From Intoshia linei (taxonomy: Eukaryota; Animalia; Orthonectida), in the NCBI GenBank assembly GCA_001642005.1, contig LWCA01000067.1, positions 1 through 63,296 of the forward strand: a stretch of DNA of 63,296 nt. Direction: 5' to 3'. The stretch's first letter is position 1. Each line of letters opens with the position of its first letter. The notes under the pieces are model-generated. The model searched no databases and was not told the origin of the DNA. It saw nothing but the letters and a program-made list of their open reading frames with translations. Of this stretch, positions 37,544 through 49,900 are shown in pieces. Made by a program: the position numbers and the translations under genes.

Positions 37544-39979
37544 TTATTGCGTCGTGAACTGGACGTAATCTGAAATATATTTAAAATGCATAAAATAACC
37601 CGATTCTCCCATTGCGTTGGTGAGGTTATTCGATTCATGCATATTTGTATATGAAATCCATATTATAGATATATGTGAATATTTAATTATTAATGGTGAA
37701 GTTAGTTCAATTATTTTACTACAATTAATTTTTAAGTATTTGAAAGACACTGAACAATGTTCATGAAAATGTACTGTAATTACAAAATTTTCATGGGTGA
37801 TGATAATTAAACTGGAATTAAAAGTATAGTATTACTCTACTACAGATTCATATTCTGTATAATCCTTCATGATTTCAACAATGATGCTGCGTTCCAGGAG
37901 GTTATCCAATATTGTCTTAGAATACCTAAATGCTTAAAGTACATTATTTGATTATATCGTTGACAATTTTATAAATATCGTTGATTATATTGTGCAAATG
38001 ATATTGTACAATTTTAGTTTGTTATTATTAGGATGGTTATTATAATGCTTTTGAGCTGAAAGGATACTTGAAAACGTTGACGTCCATTTTGTGCAACACA
38101 GTCTATCCAGCTTTAAATCATAGACTTGACCAGACCCATGGAGAAGTGACTTAGTATATATGATATTAATCATCGTGTATTTTTGGTAAGCCTCGGGCTT
38201 TGTAGGTTCACGCTGATCCATGGTATATTTTTGGCTAAAATTCCCTAATCCTTTTCAATTTCACAAAGTTCCTCTTCGCTTTTTACCACTTTCAAATATT
38301 TAGTCCATTTGATTTAGATTTAGAAATTTATTAAAAGGTACCCAACAATGATTTGTTAAAATAGGGTACTGTGGAGTTCTAAGTTTAAGAACCACTGCTA
38401 TGTGTCTATTGACTTAATTAATCTTAAAATTACTTTGAAAAAACGTTTGATAGTGATGTATATAATTCTTCATGTGTAGAATTACACCTGGAAAGTAATA
38501 TCAAATTCGAAGCAATCTTTATCAGATGTTTGGAATATTTGATATCGCAATTTGCAATTTTCTATGAAAATTGAATTATAATGTTAACAATGAATACCAT
38601 TTGGCAGTTCAATATATTGGAACAACTAGTATTCAAATTTCTAAAATATATCGATATTTTTTCAAGCGTTCTATTGGATCTTTTTTTCAAGTTGTTTGTT
38701 TCATTAGTTGTAATATATTTGGCAATCTACATGTTTGTATAATATAATACAGTGTATATAATACTTAGTGATCAATTTATAATCTTTGTTTGATTTTAAA
38801 TATTCAAGATAAAATTTAAATTAGATTCTGTTAAAACGGTAAATTTACGTAAAATAACAATTAAATTTAAGAAATAAATTACAAATTTTAATGAATTTTG
38901 CTTTACCAATAATAAATTTGGATCACAATTAAACTAAATGGTAATAGTAGAAAATTTTCAATTGCAGGTATTACCTCTTTTAGAGTTAAAAAATTGATAA
39001 ATATTTGATTTTTATGTAAAATAGTGTATTGTACTATTTTTTTCAAAAATCTCTAAAAATATTTTTTAAAGAATATAAATATTTTGATTTGCATAAATAA
39101 ACAATATATGAACATATTAACCCATATACTCCCAGACAAATTTTTCCAATTTTTTGGCTTCAATTTTTCCAAAAATTTGGGAAGTTAATACATACTTGCC
39201 TATTTCTCACCATATATAATTTTAGGTAATTACTAATTGTATTTATGGATTGATTTCACATTCCATATGTTCACATTGGGAGAATAAGACCAATAAAAGC
39301 GTGTATATATAAAACCGCATCGTCAATATACCTAATTATTTCATCAATTGTAGCCAATACATGAATTCATCATATGGTGTTCATTAAATTCGGTTATCAC
39401 AACTTAAAAAAAAAAATATAAAAACTTTTTTCAATGAATTTTTTTTGCTTTGAAAAATCATTTTGGTCCACTGTCAGTGACACAGGAGGCTAATCGGTAA
39501 AAACCCATAATTAATATACTCGAATGTTATATAATATACTAATTAATTTAATTTTTCATATTTAATTAACTTTGTTTCAATTTGATACGTGTTTTTATAA
39601 ATGTAATGTTGTGTGACCATATGGTCCCACTGGGATTATATGGGTTAATGTAAATAAATAAAATAATTATTTTTTTTGATAAAACAAATTAAAAAAAAAA
39701 CCTCTAATCCAATACGCCTTCTATACAAAAAACTAAGTTTATCAGATTCGCTCTCCCAAAGATAAGACAACTAATTTTAATTTATATATGTCGCTTGTTA
39801 ATTTATATTGCGGTCAAAATTAAATTATTGATTATTAATAAATTACCAATTTTTCTGGTAAAACTGGAAAAACTTCAAATGGTAAACTTAATTTAAGATA
39901 TTGGAGTAAAAAGGAAAATTCATTAAATCTGCGGTTCACGCAATAGTCACCTAAAACTGTGTTTTCTTCATCCGTTTTT
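37544..39979 (-). CDS. SNX4: SNX4-like PX-BAR sorting nexin (both ends unresolved)
   Basis: Not in the ORF track. Exons 39847-39979, 39702-39770 and 38975-39052 join to VLGDYCVNRRFNEFSFLLQYL..FPVLPEKL-LSYLW..YRRRIGLE-RFLKKIVQYTILHKNQIFINFLT (PX domain with the SNX4-like RRRIGLE). Downstream helical exons such as YSKTILDNLLERSIIVEIMKDYTEY (~37835-37925) resemble the BAR domain. Confidence 0.75.
39121..39644. mobile_element. piggyBac-type non-autonomous element in an SNX4 intron
   Basis: TTAA|CCCATATACTCCCAG ... CTGGGATTATATGGG|TTAA: 14/15 TIR with TTAA TSD. Confidence 0.88.
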
Positions 39980-40914
39980 CTTAATTTCCATGTAAATTAT
40001 ATTTTATATTATCAATCGTGACTGTTTTTTACAAATAATAGCTAGATCTGCCGAATGCAGATCTTAACAGATAAAAGCTTTTATTAAATTGATTAATATG
40101 ATTAAATAAAATAAAAAAAAAAGGTAAAAATGTATATTCAATGTATATTATCCATATAATTGTAATAAAAAATCTGAAAAATAAAAATGTATTGATACGA
40201 AATAGTTAACATTTTAAATGCACGAGTTGCACTAAGTTGAATATTGTAAACTTTCAAAAACTGTAACAAATGATAAATTCATTTTTGTTAAAACATTAGT
40301 AACCATTTGGTGGAGTTACTAAGTATTATAAAAACGTCATGTCAAAAATGTAAAAACTAACTTTTCTTAAATTATAAAGTCAAGTATTCATACTGAAAAT
40401 TTAATTCCATCGATACTAACAAAGTTGTACTTTAAAATATATAAAGTAAATATCTATTTAAAATTTTAGATTAATTTTTTAAAGTGTAGATTACAATTTC
40501 AGAGATTTACATTAAATATACTAACAAGTTAAATTAAATAAAACCAAAAGAAAATAAGTACAATTAAAAAGTTTATTCAATATGATTTTTTATTATCTGT
40601 AGTAATAATTCTAAGTTTTTCTTAAAGTTCGACACAGATACACTGACAAATACATTAACAAAAATCACATTTTAAATATATAAACCAATAAGATGTAATT
40701 TAATTAAATACTTTGTTATAATTTCATAAACAATGTGAGCATCTTTAGCTATTGTTGCGTTAGACAGTATTTGCTTATTATAATTTGAAATGTAAATTTT
40801 GAATTGATGTACCATTTTTAAATTTTATTTGACATGTGATAATTAAAATTTATTTGTATACATGTAGACTGAAAATGTTTATTTAAAGGTACATACTAAA
40901 GTTATATTTAGTTT

Positions 40915-43900
40915 TCATTTTGATGAGTACATCGATTCTGAGTGGTCCGGTAATAATCTATTTGGACGAACAAATATACCCTTATTTTTACGGCATTTAA
41001 AATATATTTTACCGTTTACTGTACCGTCGTGTTTGCCTATATTTTTAATATAATCAATGTAATATATAATGTAAATAAATACATGCAAAACATTGCAATG
41101 TGAACAAAGATATACAAAGTATTTCTGAGCAAAGGGTTATAGTATATCCGAACCTACCAAACTCCAGGTCATCTGAAAATTAAAAATAGACCCTAAATTT
41201 TTTTTCACAAACCATTCATAGTGTCATATAGCTCCTAACGACTTCTCTAAGGCTCTTGATGTGATACAGTGAAACCTATTTATAAACACACGATTTCGAA
41301 AATTTAATTTAATTTTTTAATGCGCAATTTGGAAAAATAAGACCCTCCCTTTTACAAAAATTCCGTCTAAGCCACGAAGAGAGTCTCGGTACGGTAGGTT
41401 CGACACAGGGTTCTTGTAAAAACAGTGATTGATAAAATTTATCAGATTGAGACGGATTAAGAAATAAAGTCAAAATTATATTAATATTCCAATTTTTGAT
41501 TGTTTATTACAGTTGCTTCCAAAATTTTTACATTATTATTATTTTTACACCATAAACACTTATCAAAAAAATCTTGATAAACTGTGATAACGGTACTCTA
41601 CAAAAACGTCACATAAAAAACGGCAACATTTATAATTACGTACTTATAAAATACATATTAACAAAATATCACACTGCAGACTTGAGAATGTTACTGTTAT
41701 TAGATTTTATAGAATTCATCCACTACAGAAAGTCTGTAACAGACCTAAGTTAAAACTGAAATATTAAGATTCATTTTTTACCTACAAACCATATTACAAA
41801 AAAATTAAAAATATTCAATTATAAATATTGATTATATTAATACAATTGTATTTTCATTTCTATGTAATTATAATTATTTAAGTTGTGCCGTTTTTGTATG
41901 TGCCTTTTTTGTCTGTGCCGTTTTTACCTATATTCGTGATAACCATGATATTATATTCACTCACAAATCACACTATTCCCATTTCAATTACAATTTTTTT
42001 AGGGGGTGTTAGCAGAATCAATTTCAACCTTCCAAACTCACATCTTACGGGTCAAAAACCCCAATTGTCCTTTTTATTTTTAAATCAAACGAGTTCGAAA
42101 ATTAAAAAAATATATACTCTGATACGGATTTTAAAATCATAAAGATAAATTTAAAAAAATTATATCTTCAGGGCCAAAACCCCAAATTACCCTTTTTTTT
42201 TTGAAAACAGCCCTAAAATTTCAATTCGAATAAGTGACGCCTTCACGGTCAAAAAAGCATTTTAGTATTCATATATTTTTTTCTGAAATATTTTTATTAA
42301 AACAGAAATGTAAAATAATTAAGTCCTACATATAAAAAAAAATTATTCTGATAGAGCTTATTCCAGTTGATATAAATACAAAATTTTAACTCTAGAAATA
42401 ACGCATTCCGGGTGAAACATAATGTTTAATATATTATCAACCAATATTTTTCAAATGTTTCGATTAAAATAAAAATTGAAAATGCAAATTTGTCCTACAA
42501 TTTCAAAAAAAATGTGCATTGAACGTCTGCACATTACCAATAAAGAAATATGGGTGAAAATCTATATAATTCATTCCTTCGCATTTTTTTAATTTCAGTT
42601 TGGGAACCACTCCTTTAAAGAATTGATAATAGTGAATAGTAGGATTTTTAAGTTAGATTTTCAACGTGAATTTATTTTTTAAGTATAATAAAAATGTGCT
42701 CTCGGCAGAGCTAGGTCCTGTTTGTACGTAGTATGTAAATTTATTTTTTGGTAGTATAAAAATGTTCCCTCGGTAGAACTAGGCTACGTATTACATAACA
42801 GTCAACCTATTATAGTATATTTCTATTAGTTTTAAACAAAATTCTTGTTTTAATTACCTCTGCCATGTGTTATTTCAACACCTATCCAGAGGCCAGATGC
42901 AAATTCTGTATTTCCAATAAAACGGATACGACCTTTGAGCATTTCGTTCTCTTTTGATTTTACATGAACAGCGCTAGAAATTTTCATCCAATGAGAAAGT
43001 ACACATTTATCTGGAGAATCAGTGCCATTTGACGCATAGGAATCAATTTGATCCGCTAAATTCCCAACAATATATTTTGATGATTGGTCATAATAATTTT
43101 AAAGTTAAAAATGTGCGAATATATTAATTAACTGTTAGACACTACGAGCTATGTGGTGTACATAAATTAACTGTATAATTTGGTCTACAATAGTATTAAA
43201 TTTTAATTTAATACTATCTACATATTATATTCCTACAGTAGTAAAAAAAACATAATTAACATAACAAGTGCACACTTTTATAACGTAAACGTTTTTGCAC
43301 ACAAATATGAACAAATTATTGAAAATTTTAAGAAGACCTGTGTACGTTGATTACTACGAGTTAAAAATATTACTAGAGGTATTAATCCGTTTAAAATGAA
43401 CAGAAAAGATTGGTAAAAAGAAAAACTCATTGGTACCCGACATAAATCTTTTAAACTTCCTTCAAAATATCTTAAAAACTGGATCATAATAAAACGCCAT
43501 GTTGTTATTACCATTTTGTATAAATATACAAAAAACTTACAGTTATATTGTAAGTCATTATTCTGATAAATTTCACTGTTTAGGCTATTATAACTATCTC
43601 GTTTAAATCCCAAATTAGAAGAAGCATCAATATCAAAAGTATTTCTAGAGTCATCATCAGAACCACCGTGCGCAAGAATCTTTTTTTTGTCCAATCGATC
43701 AACGGAAACAAAACTGATTCTGTTTCTATTTTTACTGATTTTACTAACAGTATTTGTATTTCTTTTTTTAATAGATTTTGGTTTAATATTTAAATCAAAA
43801 CTGTCATTCTTTTCCGACAAGGATAAGTGACTGTTATTTTGATTAATTTTACCCTTTTTGCGTCTAGCTTTAATTTCTCTTAAATTATTACTTTTACTGT

Positions 43901-46900
43901 CCTTGTCTTTTTCTTTGTTGACGATTGATTTGCGTTTATCTAAAGATTGATGGTATAAGGAGGTGGGTCTAGATTTTTTTTCGGTAGAAGTATTTTCGTT
44001 TGTCAATATTTTTGAATTTTTTACAACATAAGATTTTTTCGATGACAGTTTTAATGATTTTATTCTTTTTTGTTTAGTTTCTTTGGTTGTGCTTATTTCA
44101 TTTTCAATGGAATCTTTATTTTCCATTACAAATGTGTGTGTTGAAGAAAGTGACTCATTACTGTTTGATAAATTTGATTTTTTGGGTATTTGTATTTTTA
44201 GTTGTTCTAGTTCATTTTCTTTTTCAATGGCAATAATTTTATCTGTACATGATACACTTGAAGTTAGAGATTCAATTTCTTTCAATTCTGTTATTTGATT
44301 GATTTTTATCATTTCATCTACATTTTGAATCTCTTCTATGTCATTAACTACTTCAATCTTATTAACTTCCTGAATATCATTAATATCCTGAATGTCTTTT
44401 ATATTTTTGACGTCTTGAACTTCTTTCAGTTTATTTTTTTCATCATGATCTTTCATATTTGTATTATCTAACGCTGTCCCAATGTCTATGTTATCATTTG
44501 TAAATTTTTCAGGAGTATTTATATCCTTTATATTATTAGAATCAGTTTGCAATTCAAATTCTTTAATTTCATTAGTTTTTCGATTAAGTTTGATGGAAAG
44601 TCTCTTAATTTTAAAAATATTTGATGGATTTGTTTTATTAGACTGCTTAGATTCAGTAGATTCTGTAGATATTAGTCTTTCATTAAATAAATTTGAGTCG
44701 GATGATGACAACCTCTGCCGACTAATCACATCAATAGGACTTACCTGACAAACTTTGGGTTTAATCTTATTTACTTCATCGTTACTACAATATGTTTCAC
44801 TAACTTTATTATTTCTTCTATTCTTGGACGGGTTGTCACCTTCTAAGGATGTACCCATTTGATCATCCAAATGCGACATGTCAAAAGTAACTATGGAACT
44901 GCGATTTTTATTTTCAGAATCTGAAATCAAAACTGAATCCCTGATACTACTTTTTAATTCTTTTGAGATTAAATCGTTTCGACCCGTTTCAGTTTTAGTT
45001 CTCCTCATAATTGGTTTTGATCTATTTAAATTTCTTAAAATAATATTTTTATTTGTTTTAGAATTGTTAATATGTTGTTGTTCATCCAATACATTTTTAT
45101 CTCGCTTAGATTTAATTTTATCTTTTTCATTCAAATTTTCCTTTTTCTTTTGCTTCTCATAGTCTTTAGTTTTATAATGACAACCTTCATTGTCAGCAAT
45201 TGTAATTTCATTTTTTATTGTATCAGCACTGTTAATACTATCTTTTTGGATTCCGGATTTCCTTTTGGCTTTAATTCTCATAATATCTTTTTCGCTTTCA
45301 ATTAGTTCAAATATATCATCAATGTTTGTTAATGATATATTACTAGAGGAATCGTTACTTTTAGCATCATTTATCTTCAAATTCATATTCCAGATGCAAT
45401 CTAATTGACTCTTCGTGTCTGAAAATTTTCTGAAACAATCCAATTGATTACAACTTAAATTATTTCCACTTCCTGTAAGATTAGACACATTAGATAAATT
45501 GGAAAACTTTCTTTCATCTTGAAAATCAAGGTTCTGATTGTTTAATTTAGTTGATTCAATATAATTTAAATCATTTTTATTATCATTAATTTTGTTATTT
45601 TCCATCTCTGATTCAATTGTTGAGGTTGATGGAAACAATGGCTTGTTTTTATTTGCATTCAAACTATTTTCTAAATCAAAATCTTGTTTCAATTCGATCA
45701 ATCTATTTTCATTCACATCTGTCTCAATAATTGATTGTATCGGTAGTTTGTTTTTTATTTCAACTGATGGTGTTTCGTTTTGTTTTTCCAAGCTAATGTT
45801 TATATGTTTATCTGTATTATTATCATCAGACACTTTGATTTCATCGAAATTGTTTATTTCATCATAATCATTCAATATAGAATCACACTTTTCAATGTCC
45901 TCTTTTATGGTATCCAAACAATTTACATGATTATTGATACTTTCTGTTGATTTTTTAGACACATCATCCTCTGTAAAATCATTACTGTCTTTGATAAGTG
46001 TTTTATCTGACGACCAACTAGTACTAGGATATTCTTTTTCAAAATTTGTTTCTTGATTCGGTTCTTCAGTGCTATAAATGTTTGGATCACTTCCATTTTT
46101 GTTTACATCTAAAAAATATTATTATATATTGTATACTTTATATCCATTATGATAGATAGGTATATACAGATACTGGGATTTCATAAGATATCAAAGAATT
46201 AAGGAAAATAGGTTAGTATATTTTTATATTTTAACTAGGTTGACTGTTATGTACTAATTACAAACAGCACCTAGCTCTACCGAGGGCACATTTGTATCAT
46301 ACCATAAAAATAAATTTACGTTAAAAATCTAACTTAACTATCCTACTATTCACTATTATCAATCCTTAAAGAAGTGATTACCAAACTTGTTTCAAGTGGA
46401 ACTGTCATATCACATTACTTTTAATTTATCTAAATTTACTTTTAAGTGAATTATTCTATCTTAATTTTATTTTGTTAACATTTGCGTAAAGAATTTTAAA
46501 AATAATTGTTATCCAATTTTTTTAATTTATTAGACAGAATGTGTGTATATTAAAAATAAAGTAAAAACAGTCCAATCCTAAAAATTGTCTTAAATAGCAT
46601 AATTCCTGAAAAAATAAAATTATAAAAACCTATTTTGTCATTTTCAATGTGATAATATATATTCAGTACCAATTTAATAAATACTTAAAATGATAATAAG
46701 ATATTAACAAAAAAAATTAAGATGGAATAATTCACTTTAAAGTAAAAAGTAATGGATATGATGGTTTCACCTGAACAAAATTTGGGACCACTCTTTTAAA
46801 AGATTGATAATAGTTAATAGTAGGATTTTTAAGTTAGATTTTTAACGTGAATTTATTTTTTTGGTATAATAAAAGAGTGCCCTTTGCAGAGCTAGGTGCT

Positions 46901-49900
46901 GTTTGTACGTAGTACAAAACAGCCAAGCTAGTTAACTATAAAGTTAAAATTGAATATTACTTTATTTCTGTACCGCGATGTAAAGTACCCTTATTATTTA
47001 AAAACTGTAAATGTAACAAAACTAAAGCAAAATTTCATGTCGTGTCATGAGTAGTGTTTTCTAATTAGTAAACTAAAATTTGTTTAGTTATTACTTACCT
47101 CTACAATTACTAGTTTATATATGAATTTATTCGAACTAAAAATTAGTAGTTATAATAGTTATGATATATATTTACTGTAGTTGACTAGTTGTCTAGCTTG
47201 CGTCATCTATAGATATAACAATAATAGATAATTGATATTACCCTGCAGTCCACGTTCTGATACGCACTCATTATGGGACGCTTAGCTTAACCTTATAATT
47301 TCTCATATCTTCCTCTTCTAGGTCCAGAGTTTACAGCTCTGTCTCGTTAATGGATTCAGTTAAAAATGAACTCTCAATGCTCAAAATATTTAAAATAATA
47401 TTTAATAAAATAAAATAATTAAATTATAAGACAACATAGGGTAATGCTCAATACAATGTGGATCATGAAAGGAGTCAAATACAGTAAGTAATATATTTTA
47501 AGTAAGATAATTGTAATTGTAGATGTTGTCATTGCACAAATTATACACAAATAAAATAAAATTAACAGCAGCTTTTTAATTTGAATCGAAAACGTTATAG
47601 TAATGAAATAACTATGAGTTATCAGTATAACTATATAATCCTAACTTATATAATATGCTAAGAGATTTTTGTTTGTGTATGTGTTACGCTTTATTTAAAT
47701 AACTACCCGACTTAGAATTTTTTAAAGACCACATTTCAATTACAGTTTTTTTCGGGACGTATATTAAGATAAATTCCAACCTCCCAATTTCAAATCTTAC
47801 GGGTCAAAAACCCCTTTTTGTTTCTCTTTTTGAAAATTAAACAAGTTGTAGAATTTAAAAAAATATATACGCTAATGCGGATTTTAAAATCATAAACATT
47901 ATCATAAATTTAAATTTAAAAAAATTATATTTTCAGGGCCAAAACCCCAAATTATAATAATATAATTTCATGAATAAATTTAAAACACTACTCATTACCG
48001 TCATATGTGACAATAATTGATATTAATAAATCACCCTAATTAAGAATCTGATGAATTTTTTTTGTATTGATGAAAACAATAAATAGCAAATTTAGTTTTA
48101 TTGGTTATTTACGGGTCACATATATAGATTATATTTGATTGAAATAAATGTTAACCTGCGATATTTGCATCTCCTTTGTCGCAAAATAAATCTTCGTTTG
48201 ACAATGATGCCATCGAAGATAAGGTGTTTCTTTTGGATTTAACACTTAATAACCTTTCTAAATTTTTATTTTTTCTCATGATTTTGTCCAAGTTTATCGT
48301 AGATGTTGAGAGAGATACAGAAGTGTCAAATAATTTTGAATTTTTCTAAACAATAAATTATATTTAAATTGGTACACTTCTGCGACCAAGCAGATTCAAA
48401 TACATTTTCAAACGACGGAACACAATACAATTGGTGTCTATATTTTATGTTTCAGAAAATATTGATGAAATAGCTATCTACTATTTCATCTACTAAATTA
48501 AAAAATCATCTACTATTTATAACTGTTTGAGTAAATAAGTATAGAATTTTTTTTATATTTGTATTTGGTTACTTTTGTGAATTTAGTTAATAGAACTAAT
48601 TAGCAGTGAAAATAAGATTGATCGATTTTATAAAAAATTAAAAATTTTTTTTTTAATTTTAAAGTTTATACGCGCTTCATTAAATTTGTAGTTTTTTATA
48701 GTTATTAGTAGTATAGTTTTTCAGTTTATAGTTTTTCTATACGTTTACTATATAGTAAATGACAAAAATATTTCTTTTTCTGAAATATAGTTTTATTGAT
48801 GCTCCTACGACCCATAATACTGATATGAACAATGGTATAATGGAAAATTTTACAATACAAAGACAGCATGACCGCTATGATACATGCATGTATTCCAATC
48901 AAAATCTTGAAATCATGTAAAGCACCGGCTTGTAATTATATAGCAGAGCGCGGGTTACACAAATATATCATTGCTAAAAATAAAACCTCTATCGAATCAG
49001 ACATTCAAAAATTATATCTCTAAACTAGTAATATGTGTATGATTATAATAGATTCACATAGTAAATACTATACTTTTCATAACTAGCCAGGTTATCTTCA
49101 ATATTCGTTGAAATGTATTCATACCCTGGAACTATTATTTTTTTTTTATATTTAATAACTAATTACTATGGAAGTTCGAAAATGTAATTATTCATTTTTT
49201 ATGAGACACCTTATATTTCATTTTGTAATGTAATATAAATTAAACTTATATGCATGTGAATCTTTTTTAAAGTATTTAATCTGTCAACTTTAGTGAATGT
49301 ACTACAGATGCTTTTAAAAATATAGAAAATATAATATAAAAGTCAATTAATAGAAAAATATTGTAATTAACAATTAAAGTTCTTATCATACTTCGTACCC
49401 TTTTGCAGAACTCTACTAGGATGACCAATAATATATATACTGCTATACATTATTTACCATGAGATACATATATCGATCGATCTTTCAAAAAGTTTCCTTT
49501 TGAAACACCCTAGTTATTATATAAAAAAACAGTACACTATTTAATTTTTTGGAGTGATTTTTGGCTTTAACTAAATATACATTATTAAAAAGTAAAATTA
49601 TTAATTACTTGAAGTTCCTCGTTTCCTAGCAGATTTCTAATTAAATTAATTAAAAATTATTTATAATGTATGACAGTTAAAATTAATCAGACTGATTTAA
49701 ATTGAATAAGATGGCCAAGTTGTTCAATTTTTAAAATTTAAATTTTTTTACCTAAGTTTCCACGTTTTGTAATTTTGATTTTAAAACATTAATACAACCA
49801 TGAAATAATACACATGTTTATAATTTTATAAAAAAATTAATATTAATAAATAATATTAATTATTTTATTATAGTTAATGAATAATGAAATACCATTAAAT

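Noticed and set aside
41020-41036. CAP-Gly GKNDG motif reads GKHDG
   Set aside because: A known natural variant in other CAP-Gly proteins; not evidence of lost function.
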